From Patescibacteria group bacterium (GTDB lineage: Bacteria; Patescibacteriota; Minisyncoccia; UBA6257; UBA9933), in assembly GCA_038065955.1 (NCBI GenBank), contig JBBTPY010000007.1, positions 29,232 through 93,231 on the forward strand: a stretch of DNA of 64,000 nucleotides. The letters are read 5' to 3'. This document shows positions 27,048 through 36,625 of the stretch, piece by piece. The position numbers and the translations under genes are program-made. Every line of letters begins with the position of its first letter. Within the stretch, counting starts at the first letter, position 1. The notes below the pieces were generated by a model. It searched no databases. It was given only the letters and a program-made list of their open reading frames with translations, and had not been told where the DNA came from.

Positions 27048-28359
27048 AATTACCGCGCCTTATTAAAAAATAATGCACTATCAATAATAATATAAAAATT
27101 TTGACAAGCCCTGCGTAAACCGGCGCAATCCAATCTTCCATTCCCTTAATAATGTTAATCCAAAAAATACTGTAAATCATAACTCCGGAAAATGAAGCAT
27201 TTGTTTTTTTAATAAGACATTCATAAATCAAACGAAACAACATTCCCATAAAAAACATTCCAAGAATAATGCCGGCGAGTCCAAAATTCATATACCAATC
27301 TCCGATTATAGTCACCCCAACGGTTGATTTAACATCCGGCGCTAAAAGACCGGAACGATGACCAAAATCACCGCCACCGCTAATCACTGGCTTATTATGC
27401 CAAATAAATCTTGGCGGCCCTAAGCTAATAAAGAAATTTAATAATGATTTTCCATACAAAAGAGGCTCATTCATTTCAACTATTCTGAAAAAAACGACGG
27501 ATTGGTCTAATCTGGAAAAAACGCTATTAGAAATAAGGTCTCTTGAATTTTTAATATTTCTCATGGTTTTATGATTTGTCGCAATATTCTCATTAATTGA
27601 TTTTTTATTTAAATAAAGATTTACAATTGCCGGATTGCGGCAAATATTGCCAAGAGGAAAAATTATAATAATAATTCCGATGGCGACAATAAAAACCTGC
27701 TTCCATGAAACATTTAAAATGTAAGATTTTAGAATAAGATAAAAAACAATCGGCATTATCATAATAGTCCGATTACATGATGGCAGAGCATAAATAATTT
27801 CTAATATAAATGTTCCCCACGCTATTTTCTGCCATAAATAATAACGCGCGTCGTTATTTTTTTTAAAATAAAAATAGCTCGTAAACGCGATTATCAAAGC
27901 GACATAAGAAAACCAATCAAAAATCCCCAATAAGCTGAAAAAAGAACTTTTTTCCAGCCAAGAATTTTGCTGCCAATAAGCATAAGCGCCGCCGAAAATT
28001 TTTAAAATTTTTATTCCCAAGCCAAAAATAAATGCGGCGGCAAAAATCCATGGCGTTTTTTTAAAATCCCATTCCGATTTTAATCTCAAAAATTTAGATA
28101 TCCGACCGGCAACAGAAAAAGTCTGACAACAATAATAACCAATAATAAAAAAGGCAAATCCGCAAATTAAGTAAAAAAATGCTAAATAATTAATATTATA
28201 CTCACCCGAAGCGATTCCTGGCCATCTTATCAAATCCCCGATAATCATCGTAATCGGCGCTGATAAAAAAAGAAATAAATAATACAGCGCAAAAGAATTG
28301 CCGATTTCAAAAATATTAAAAGAGCTTATTTTATTTTTTAACCAATCCGCTGTTTTCAT
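27031..28359 (-). CDS. Polytopic membrane protein, Wzy-like polymerase
   Basis: About 10-11 TMs; PPRFIWHNKP and GDWYMNFG...GI motifs typical of Wzy/oligosaccharide-repeat polymerases; adjacent to wzx. Confidence 0.75.
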   Translation of the reverse strand: MKTADWLKNKISSFNIFEIGNSFALYYLFLFLSAPITMIIGDLIRWPGIASGEYNINYLAFFYLICGFAFFIIGYYCCQTFSVAGRISKFLRLKSEWDFKKTPWIFAAAFIFGLGIKILKIFGGAYAYWQQNSWLEKSSFFSLLGIFDWFSYVALIIAFTSYFYFKKNNDARYYLWQKIAWGTFILEIIYALPSCNRTIMIMPIVFYLILKSYILNVSWKQVFIVAIGIIIIIFPLGNICRNPAIVNLYLNKKSINENIATNHKTMRNIKNSRDLISNSVFSRLDQSVVFFRIVEMNEPLLYGKSLLNFFISLGPPRFIWHNKPVISGGGDFGHRSGLLAPDVKSTVGVTIIGDWYMNFGLAGIILGMFFMGMLFRLIYECLIKKTNASFSGVMIYSIFWINIIKGMEDWIAPVYAGLVKIFILLLIVHYFLIRRGNYDKEN

Positions 28360-28365
28360 ATATTT

Positions 28366-30102
28366 TTAAAGCTGAAAGTTGTCTTTTTGCTCTTTAATGG
28401 AATCGACAATCTTATTATTTTTAACAGTTTCTATAAGAACGCCGTATCCCCTTAAAAACGGATACCTAAATCTGAAAATACTGTTTATTTTTTCCTGCTT
28501 GCCAAATAATACATGCAAACGATAAAAAAATTTATTTACCATTAAAAGCGCTTTTTCACCAAAAATAGGAAATAGCAATAAGGCCATTAAGGCGACAATT
28601 TCATTAGTGACGGCAATTGCTAATCCCTTGTATTGCGCCTCAACAATCGAAAATCCACTATGTTTTAATAAAAGGAAAATTGTTTTTGGAGAATAAATAT
28701 GATAATGATAGTCGGCAAAATCATGAAACAAAGGCACACTCATTAATAACTTCCCATCCCGAAACAACACTCTGTGAAGTTCTTTTAAAACAGCTTTGTC
28801 CTCCCACACATGCTCGAGCACTTCCGCAATTACCACATACTGAAAATAATTATCGGAAAATTTAATTAGCTCCGTAATGGATTGATTGATAAAAAATTTA
28901 TTGTCCGCGATATTATTATCAACAATATCCAGAAGATATGTCTCTTTTATTTTTTCTTTAATCGCAGGATAATCGCGACCCGCATAATCACCAACCACTA
29001 ACACAGGACCTTTATCTATTCGGCTTAAAAAAAATCTGTTAGGAATATATCCGGCGGGAAAATCAATTTTTGTCTTATGTGAAAAAATTTTTCTAAACAA
29101 TAATCTATGAGGGCGTTGTTTTAAAAACTTATAAATTTTATAAGTAAATTTTAATATCGACCTTGGCGCAAGAAATAATGGCAGAGCAATATAAAACTCC
29201 GGATAATTCCAATAATATTGAAACATTTGTTTTATTTTCGGAGCTTTAGATCCAAAACCAGTTGTAAATCCCATTGCCCGCTCAACAACAACCGCTCGCC
29301 AAACTTTTCTAAAATTATGAGCCAGCGCTTGACACATCAACTGTTCATCAAATTTATCTCTAAATTCTCTAACTATCTTATATAAATTAATGCCGAATAC
29401 TTGAAACGGGTCATACCACCGCGGCGCTCCCGCTGATTTTGACTCTGAAAAAACATAAGGGGTTCTGAAAAAATAAAATTTTCCTTCTTGCGAAATAACG
29501 TGGAAGATCAAATATAAATTAACAAAAGCTGAACCGATATATTTTTTGGAAGACTCTATCCCAGATAATGCCTTTTCTCTTTTAAAAACAGTAGCTGCAA
29601 TAAATCCCAATATGCCAATATCTTTCTCTACTATTTTTATAATTTGATTACGATTGTTAAAAAACTCATTTTTCCCAAAATTAAAAGCTGTGTCGATTTT
29701 ATTCTGTATGTCGCAAGAATTTACTAAGATAAAAGAAATATCCGGAAATTTTTTAACCAAATCAATTAATTGACATATAGCTTTATCTGCTAAAACATCA
29801 TCGCCAATCCACCAAACATACTTACCCCTTGCTTCTTGCGTTAAAAATATAATTACGATATCTAGCCCCTCTTTTTTACCTTTAAAATATCTAATTGGAA
29901 CGGAAATTTTTTTAGAATAATTCTTTATTAAATTTTCTGTTTCCAAACCAGCGCTGTCATCGCGAACCACTATTTCAATCTGCGACGCAATTTCTAAAGT
30001 TAATTGAGGAATTAAACTTTCAAAAAATCTCTCAACTTTATCCGGTTGGTTATAAGTAGCCAAGCAAATACTTAAAATAATGTTTGAATGATTATTAATC
30101 AT
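28366..30102 (-). CDS. GT2 (RfbV/abequosyltransferase-like) fused to a methyltransferase domain
   Basis: LSICLATYN, RDDS, WWIGDD; C-terminal AEVLEHV...LHRVL..DG...SVP. Confidence 0.82.
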   Translation of the reverse strand: MINNHSNIILSICLATYNQPDKVERFFESLIPQLTLEIASQIEIVVRDDSAGLETENLIKNYSKKISVPIRYFKGKKEGLDIVIIFLTQEARGKYVWWIGDDVLADKAICQLIDLVKKFPDISFILVNSCDIQNKIDTAFNFGKNEFFNNRNQIIKIVEKDIGILGFIAATVFKREKALSGIESSKKYIGSAFVNLYLIFHVISQEGKFYFFRTPYVFSESKSAGAPRWYDPFQVFGINLYKIVREFRDKFDEQLMCQALAHNFRKVWRAVVVERAMGFTTGFGSKAPKIKQMFQYYWNYPEFYIALPLFLAPRSILKFTYKIYKFLKQRPHRLLFRKIFSHKTKIDFPAGYIPNRFFLSRIDKGPVLVVGDYAGRDYPAIKEKIKETYLLDIVDNNIADNKFFINQSITELIKFSDNYFQYVVIAEVLEHVWEDKAVLKELHRVLFRDGKLLMSVPLFHDFADYHYHIYSPKTIFLLLKHSGFSIVEAQYKGLAIAVTNEIVALMALLLFPIFGEKALLMVNKFFYRLHVLFGKQEKINSIFRFRYPFLRGYGVLIETVKNNKIVDSIKEQKDNFQL

Positions 30103-30130
30103 AATTCTAACCAGCTCTATTTAATAAAAA

Positions 30131-31294
30131 TTATTTTTTTAACAATCTAACAAGTAAATTTATTTCATCATCATTTAATTCCGGATTATTCGGAAAATAA
30201 AAACTGTTTTTATGTATAAATTGAGCATTGGGACAATTTATGATATCTGAAACATATTTTTTATAAAATGGCTGTTGCGTAATATCTCCGGCGATAATCG
30301 GCCTAATTTCAACATTATTGCTTAAAAATTTATCTTTATATTTTTTCAAATCACTTTGATTTTTACAAATAACCGGCATGGCAAAATTAGAAACAATATC
30401 CATATGGCCGACATCAAGAGTTAAAAAATCGTCATTCTTTTCTTCCGCCTCATGGAATACTCTAAAATTATTCTGTCTATTTAAAACAATTTCATTCCAA
30501 TAATTTATCTGAATATTCCCCAAAAAACCACTGATTTCGGTCGGACGAACATTAAACCCCAATTCATAAAAAGCGTATTTTGAATAAAATTCATCAATAT
30601 TATATTTATTTCTTAATTCTTGCTGTTTTTTAATTGGCAAATTACGATCCCAGCCATGCGCTCTTGCCATTATTAACGAAAAATAAAGCTTTTCGTCATC
30701 CGTGCAAATCATTCCGCCCTCAATAGTTGAAATATGATGTCCGACAAAAAAAGAAAATGTTGAAGCAACGCCAAAATTGCCCAAAAGCGTTCCGCTTACC
30801 CTTGAACCAAGCGCCTCACAATTATCTTCTATAAAAATAATATTTTTTTTAGAACAAATATCTTTAATCTTTGATATGTTATGTGAAAATCCAAGCGCGT
30901 TTGTTAAAAATAATCCGTTTAGCTCATTAATCCGTTCGTTTAATGTTCTACTTGAAACATTTAAAGATTCTATTTCACAATCAATCGCAATAGGTATTAA
31001 TCCCATTTGGATTATCGGCATAACATTTGTCCCCCAAGTAAGCGCTGAAACTCCTATTTTATCTCCTTTTTTAAACTTTCCCAAATTCATCAAAGACTGC
31101 AACAGAATAAGATTCGCGCTACTCCCGCTATTAACAAAAACGGCAAATTTCCTTCCTTGTTTTTTAGCAAATTTTTCTTCAAATTTCTTGCATTCTTGAG
31201 CCATGCTTAACATTTCAGCGTTTAATATAAAATCATAAAGTTTCTTTTTGGTTTCTTGCTCATTAAAAAAAGTTGATTTGATAAGTTTTATCAT
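30131..31294 (-). CDS. colD: DegT-family PLP enzyme, GDP-4-keto-6-deoxymannose 3-dehydratase (ColD-like)
   Basis: VNSGSSANL, EDNCEALG, SFFVGHHISTIEGG (His at the PLP-Lys position), RAHGWDRNLP; 387 aa; next to gmd. Confidence 0.78.
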   Translation of the reverse strand: MIKLIKSTFFNEQETKKKLYDFILNAEMLSMAQECKKFEEKFAKKQGRKFAVFVNSGSSANLILLQSLMNLGKFKKGDKIGVSALTWGTNVMPIIQMGLIPIAIDCEIESLNVSSRTLNERINELNGLFLTNALGFSHNISKIKDICSKKNIIFIEDNCEALGSRVSGTLLGNFGVASTFSFFVGHHISTIEGGMICTDDEKLYFSLIMARAHGWDRNLPIKKQQELRNKYNIDEFYSKYAFYELGFNVRPTEISGFLGNIQINYWNEIVLNRQNNFRVFHEAEEKNDDFLTLDVGHMDIVSNFAMPVICKNQSDLKKYKDKFLSNNVEIRPIIAGDITQQPFYKKYVSDIINCPNAQFIHKNSFYFPNNPELNDDEINLLVRLLKK

Positions 31295-31339
31295 GTATAT
31301 AATAATTAAATTAATATAAAATCAGTATAAAATAAAAAA

Positions 31340-31882
31340 ATGAAAATATCAAAAATTAAGGGAATATATATTGAAAATAACCATCAAATGAAAAAAGTCC
31401 AATTAGAAGAGAATATATATTCAAAAGCAATATCATCTTTAATCCTTGTTTGTTCGGATATAATAATATTTAATAATAAAGAAAAAATAATTTATCTTGC
31501 CAAACGCCGAGTTGAACCGATGAAAGGATGGTGGGAAATTGGAGGAAGAAGATTCGCCGGAGAAACGGCTTTGGAAGCCGCAATAAAAAATTTTACGCGC
31601 GAAACAACTTTAAAATTAAAACCGTCTCGATTCAAGTTTATAACAACCATTGAAAATATTTGGAAAGACAGGGAAAAAAAGCCAAAAAAAATAGGAAAAC
31701 ATGATTTAATATTTGTTTTTGCTCTTCAATTAAATAACAAGGAAATTAAAATTGTTTCTGAAAATTTGGACAAAAAAGAATATTATCCTAATTCTCTTGA
31801 AAAATTTGATAAAAAAAGACTATTGAAAGAAAAAGTTCATCCCGCGCTGATAGAAATTTACAATAAAATTTTTGAAAAATAG
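31340..31882 (+). CDS. NUDIX hydrolase (GDP-mannose mannosyl hydrolase-like)
   Basis: KRRVEPMKGWWEIGGRRFAGET...RET modified Nudix box; lies between colD and the gmd paralog. Confidence 0.75.
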   Translation: MKISKIKGIYIENNHQMKKVQLEENIYSKAISSLILVCSDIIIFNNKEKIIYLAKRRVEPMKGWWEIGGRRFAGETALEAAIKNFTRETTLKLKPSRFKFITTIENIWKDREKKPKKIGKHDLIFVFALQLNNKEIKIVSENLDKKEYYPNSLEKFDKKRLLKEKVHPALIEIYNKIFEK

Positions 31883-31883
31883 C

Positions 31884-32846
31884 TTATTTTTCTTCCTTAA
31901 TAATTTTAATATCTTCCTCGACCATCATTTTAATTAAATCTTCAAATTTTGTTTTTGGTTGCCAACTTAATTCATTTTTTATTTTTGAAATATCGGCGAC
32001 CATTGGAATATCTCCTTCTTTTCTAAAAAACTCTTTACTAATGACGACATATTTTTGCCAATCAAGCCCGACTTCTCCAAATGCTATATCTAAAATATCT
32101 TTTACTGAATGGATTTCGCCCGTTCCGATAATATAATCTTCCGGTTTATTGGCTTGAAGCATCAACCACATTGCTTCAACATAATCGCCGGCGAATCCCC
32201 AATCTCTTTTCGCCTCTATATTCCCAAGCTCAAGTTTTTTTTCTTTGCCAAATTTTATTTTTGCCGCCATTGAAGTGATTTTTCTAGGAAGAAAATTCAA
32301 ATCTCGCCTTGGAGATTCATGATTATATAAAATTCCGGTACATGCGGATATTCCGTAAGCTTCGCGATACATTTTTACAAGATAAAATCCCGCTGTTTTT
32401 GCAATTCCATACGGATTATTTGGATAAAAAGGCGTATTTTCGTTTTGAGGAGATTTTTTAGCGTCGCCAAACATCAAACTTGAACCAGCCAAAAAAAATT
32501 TAGATTTAACTGAATATAATTTAATGGCTCTAAGAAAAAAAAGAGTGCTTTCAAAATTTGTTTTTAAAATATCTTGCTCTTCTTCAAAAATAATGCGCGG
32601 CTCTACTCGGGAAGCTAAATGATAAATTTCATCTGGAGAAATTAATTTGACTAATTCAATAATTCTTTCTTCATCTTTTATATCACATTCATAAAGCTTA
32701 ATTTTTGCTTTGATATTTTCTATTCTCCATAAATTATCGGATTTTCTACGAATTGTACCATGCACCTCATGTCCTTTTTCAAGTAAAAATTCAGCCAAAT
32801 AAGAGCCATCTTGGCCGGTTATACCAGTAATCAAAGCTTTTTTCAT
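31884..32846 (-). CDS. Gmd-like extended SDR lacking the catalytic Glu (possible 4-reductase)
   Basis: [35 protein letters not shown] replaces ASSSEMFG. Confidence 0.8.
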   Translation of the reverse strand: MKKALITGITGQDGSYLAEFLLEKGHEVHGTIRRKSDNLWRIENIKAKIKLYECDIKDEERIIELVKLISPDEIYHLASRVEPRIIFEEEQDILKTNFESTLFFLRAIKLYSVKSKFFLAGSSLMFGDAKKSPQNENTPFYPNNPYGIAKTAGFYLVKMYREAYGISACTGILYNHESPRRDLNFLPRKITSMAAKIKFGKEKKLELGNIEAKRDWGFAGDYVEAMWLMLQANKPEDYIIGTGEIHSVKDILDIAFGEVGLDWQKYVVISKEFFRKEGDIPMVADISKIKNELSWQPKTKFEDLIKMMVEEDIKIIKEEK

Positions 32847-32853
32847 ATAAAAT

Positions 32854-33894
32854 TTAACGCGTTATTTCTCCGCTTAATTCCGCTTCAACCATAATTTTCA
32901 CAAGTTCTTTAAATTTCACCTTCGGTTCCCAGCCGAGTTTTTCTTTAGCTTTTGAATAATCGCCGATTAAAAAATCAACTTCCGTCGGCCTAAAATACAT
33001 CTGGTCAATCCCAATAATCATTTTCCCGCTTTTACGGTTAATTCCTTTTTCTTCTAACCCTTCTCCCTCCCAAACCAAATCAAAATCAAGTAATTTGCAC
33101 GCCTCTTCAACAAATTCTCTTACAGAATGTGTTTCATTAGTAGCTAATATATAATCATCCGGTTTATCTTGTTGGAGCATTAGCCACATCCCTTCAATAT
33201 AGTCCTTTGCGTATCCCCAATCCCTTTTGGCGTTAAGATTTCCTAAATATAATTTTTCCATTCCTCCGCGCTTAATTTTAACCAAACTGTTAGTTATTTT
33301 CCTGGTTACAAAATTTTCTCCTCTACGAGGACTTTCATGATTAAATAAAATTCCATTACAAGCGAACATATTATAACTTTCACGATAATTAACCGTCATC
33401 CAATAAGCGTAAACTTTAGCCACGCCATAAGGACTCCGAGGATAAAACGGAGTTGTTTCTTTTTGAGGAGTTTCCTTAACTTTTCCAAACATTTCAGAAC
33501 TAGACGCCTGATAAAAACGCGTATTAGGACTATCGTGCCAAATAGCTTCAAGCAACCTTGTCGTTGAAAGACCAGTAGAATTGCCGGTAAATTCCGGAAT
33601 ATCAAAACTTATCCTTACATGACTTTGAGCGCCTAAATTATAAACTTCATCCGGCCGTAAATCTCTCATAATCCGATGAAGAGAACTTGCGTCTGTTAAA
33701 TCTCCGTAATGTAGAAAAATTTTATGCTCCGGTCGATGAATATCGGGCGTTAAATGTTCAATTCTTTGGCGATTAAAAGTGCTCACCCTGCGAACAATTC
33801 CATGCACCTCATATCCTTTTTCAAGCAAAAATTCAGCCAAATAAGAGCCATCTTGGCCGGTAATACCAGTGATTAATGCTATTTTCTTATCCAT
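32854..33894 (-). CDS. gmd: GDP-mannose 4,6-dehydratase
   Basis: [51 protein letters not shown]. Confidence 0.96.
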   Translation of the reverse strand: MDKKIALITGITGQDGSYLAEFLLEKGYEVHGIVRRVSTFNRQRIEHLTPDIHRPEHKIFLHYGDLTDASSLHRIMRDLRPDEVYNLGAQSHVRISFDIPEFTGNSTGLSTTRLLEAIWHDSPNTRFYQASSSEMFGKVKETPQKETTPFYPRSPYGVAKVYAYWMTVNYRESYNMFACNGILFNHESPRRGENFVTRKITNSLVKIKRGGMEKLYLGNLNAKRDWGYAKDYIEGMWLMLQQDKPDDYILATNETHSVREFVEEACKLLDFDLVWEGEGLEEKGINRKSGKMIIGIDQMYFRPTEVDFLIGDYSKAKEKLGWEPKVKFKELVKIMVEAELSGEITR

Positions 33895-33898
33895 ATTT

Positions 33899-34606
33899 TT
33901 ATTGAAAATTATCAATTCTTTCTTTTAATTTTTCTTTTATAAAATCTATTAATGCGTCTTGTTTAATATTTAACGCTTTTTCAAATTCATCTTGTTCTAT
34001 TGCCGCTACTTCTTGTTGTAATTCAAAAAGACTTTTTCCGTCATATTGGGAACGAAATGATTCTGAAAATTCTATATTATGCTTCTTTTGCCCCACAATA
34101 CGAATGCGTTCTTCATAATTAACAAATTCGGAGCCACTCGTAATTATATCAATATAATGTATAATTTTTTCTTCAAGAGAACGATTTTTTAAATATTCCA
34201 CATCAGCTGATTCCGGAATATTAGAATGAGAAATTTTTATAATTTTTTCATCTACCCCATATTCTTTTAAAAAATTAACATCTTCCACGGACGTATCTTG
34301 ATATCCTTTTCCCCCGCCTTCTTGTTTCATTTTTTCAATTTCTCTTCTTTTATACCAATCATGAATTAGCGCCGCTTTTGATATTGCTCCTCTATCAGCC
34401 TTAAGATGTTCGGCAAGAATATCAGCGCCAACAGCCTCAGCAAGACAATGCTCAGAAATATTCCTCCAATCTTTATTTTCTTTTCCTAAAATTCCTCCCT
34501 TTTTAAGAATTTTCATTTCGCTAAAATGTTTAATGGCAAAATCGGAAAAATATCTGGTTTTTGCCAGATTTTCTTTATTATCTATTTTAAAGTTTTCTTT
34601 ATTCAT
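33899..34606 (-). CDS. HD-domain phosphohydrolase
   Basis: EHC...AALIHDWYK...H...EEKIIHYID pattern. Confidence 0.75.
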   Translation of the reverse strand: MNKENFKIDNKENLAKTRYFSDFAIKHFSEMKILKKGGILGKENKDWRNISEHCLAEAVGADILAEHLKADRGAISKAALIHDWYKRREIEKMKQEGGGKGYQDTSVEDVNFLKEYGVDEKIIKISHSNIPESADVEYLKNRSLEEKIIHYIDIITSGSEFVNYEERIRIVGQKKHNIEFSESFRSQYDGKSLFELQQEVAAIEQDEFEKALNIKQDALIDFIKEKLKERIDNFQ

Positions 34607-34617
34607 ATTATTATATA

Positions 34618-35313
34618 TTACCAGTTTTTAATCGCTTTTTCCAAACTATCAAAAGTTCCGCAATCAAAAAAACGGCTTTTCCTAATTTTTATTCCCATTA
34701 TCTTGTTATCTTTAATAAGTTTTAAGAAAATACCTGATTCAATATTAATAAATTTTTTAGAGGACTCATCGTAATCAAATATTTTTGGTTGAAAAATATA
34801 CGGACCACCAGAGATAAATTCTCCTGCGATAATATTTTCTCTTTTAAATTTTTTAACAAAATTATCATTCATTTCAACAATTCCATAATTACCGGAAGTA
34901 TTAACTTTTAATATTGGAACACTTACTATTGGTTTATATTTATTATGAAATCTCATTAATTTATTTAAATCAAAATCAACAAGGCAATCGCCATTAGCCA
35001 CAATAAAACTATCCTTTTTAATCCAATTTTTAACAATTCTTAAACAACCGAAAGTTCCGCCTCGCTTATTTTCAATAAAAAATTTAATTTTTGATTTTTG
35101 CTTGTTTTTTAAAAATTTTTTCCAATTATCAAAATCTTTTTTCTGACGACGCTCAATAATAATTCCGATTTCCGATGCGCCATATTTATTAAAAAAATCA
35201 ATTATGTGGCTAATAACCGCTTTCCTCTTTACTGGAAAAAGCGGCTTGGGAATTTCATAGGTTATTGGACGAAGCCGTGTTCCTTCTCCTCCCGCTAAAA
35301 TAACAACTTTCAT
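34618..35313 (-). CDS. Sugar-phosphate nucleotidyltransferase (mannose-1-P guanylyltransferase-like)
   Basis: ILAGGEGTRLRPITYEIPKPL, GGTFG, NGD, FDCGT. Confidence 0.88.
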   Translation of the reverse strand: MKVVILAGGEGTRLRPITYEIPKPLFPVKRKAVISHIIDFFNKYGASEIGIIIERRQKKDFDNWKKFLKNKQKSKIKFFIENKRGGTFGCLRIVKNWIKKDSFIVANGDCLVDFDLNKLMRFHNKYKPIVSVPILKVNTSGNYGIVEMNDNFVKKFKRENIIAGEFISGGPYIFQPKIFDYDESSKKFINIESGIFLKLIKDNKIMGIKIRKSRFFDCGTFDSLEKAIKNW

Positions 35314-35315
35314 AA

Positions 35316-36590
35316 TTAAACTTTATCAATGATTTCAAATTTCGGCAATGGGATAATAAATTTCCCTCCGCCCTTTAAATATTCCGCCTCTCTTTCTTTA
35401 AATTCTTTAAGAAAATGCCATGGTAAGATTAAAAAATAATCCGGCTTTTCGGCGCGCGCTTGTTCCTCGGAAATAATCGGGATATTTGTTCCAACGGTTT
35501 TTTTACCCCACTTTGTTGAATTTCGCTCGGCCGCGGCCGCAATCAAAGAATTATCCAAATTAAAATACTGCAAAAGCGTATTACCTTTTGTAGATGCCCC
35601 ATAAACATAAACCCTTTTACCACCTTCAACTTCATTTTTTATAAAATTAAAAACGTCTTTTTTGATTGTTTCCACTCGCTCCGCAAAATCATCGTATATT
35701 TTTTTGTCATTCAGGCCTAAATTTTTTTCGCTTTCTCTTAAATTATTAATTCTTTCCCGCGCGCCTTCCGGAATTTTGATTGACTCGCCGCCGCCTTGAT
35801 GCCTGATATAAATACGGAAACTTCCGCCATTAATGTCATTTAGCTCTACATCAAAGACCCCCAGTCCGTGCCGCTTCAAAAGATTTTCCAGCGATAAAAG
35901 AGAGTAATATTCCAGATGCTCGTGGCAGATATTATCAAACATATTTTTCAAAAGCATGGACGGCAAATATGCCATCTGAATAATAAAAATTCCTTCTTTG
36001 TCCAAACATCTCACAATATCACTGACAAATTTATTCGGATCGTCTAAATCATAAAACATCGCAATAGCGGTAATTCCCTTAGCCCTAATATCGCCGAATT
36101 CCTTTCGCCAATCTTCGTAATTAAAAAAATTATTGATGATTTTTTTCGTTCCAACACTATTAAATTTTTCCAAATTCCTTGCCGGTTCAAAACCCGTACA
36201 ATTAAGTCCGATTGTTTTATAACCGCGCAATAAAGTTCCATCATTCACTCCTATATCCATAACATAATCACCATCTTTTAAATCAATCAACGATTCGACC
36301 TTACTGGCAATGCCTATCAATTCATCTGCCATTGTTTTATTTGTGCCAGAAAAATACCAATACCGCCTATACATTACTTCATTCGAAACAGTGTGTTTAA
36401 GCTGTAAAAGCCCGCAACCACCATCATCTTCGTTACAAAGAACCAAATCCAAAGGAGCTTTTTCCGCTTCATTCATTTCGCTTTCTTCTAAAAAATCCGA
36501 AATATACAAATCACCGAGAGATAAAATTGGCATTAATTTTTTAAATCCGCAAACGCGACAACTATCTATAATTCTTGAAATAACATTCAT
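35316..36590 (-). CDS. NDP-hexose C-methyltransferase (TcaB9/EryBIII/NovU family)
   Basis: CRVCG...C...CGLLQL zinc site, DIGVNDG, HEHLEYYS, YGASTKGNTLL, LPWHF. Confidence 0.9.
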   Translation of the reverse strand: MNVISRIIDSCRVCGFKKLMPILSLGDLYISDFLEESEMNEAEKAPLDLVLCNEDDGGCGLLQLKHTVSNEVMYRRYWYFSGTNKTMADELIGIASKVESLIDLKDGDYVMDIGVNDGTLLRGYKTIGLNCTGFEPARNLEKFNSVGTKKIINNFFNYEDWRKEFGDIRAKGITAIAMFYDLDDPNKFVSDIVRCLDKEGIFIIQMAYLPSMLLKNMFDNICHEHLEYYSLLSLENLLKRHGLGVFDVELNDINGGSFRIYIRHQGGGESIKIPEGARERINNLRESEKNLGLNDKKIYDDFAERVETIKKDVFNFIKNEVEGGKRVYVYGASTKGNTLLQYFNLDNSLIAAAAERNSTKWGKKTVGTNIPIISEEQARAEKPDYFLILPWHFLKEFKEREAEYLKGGGKFIIPLPKFEIIDKV

Positions 36591-36625
36591 AATTAAAAAA
36601 TAATATCAAATTTATAAAATAATGT

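Noticed and set aside
30131-31294. Ordinary aminotransferase (perosamine synthase) or CDP-pathway E1 (RfbH/DdhC)
   Set aside because: The PLP-Lys position is His, so it is not a standard aminotransferase. Its length, lack of an evident Fe-S Cys cluster and gmd context fit ColD better than E1.
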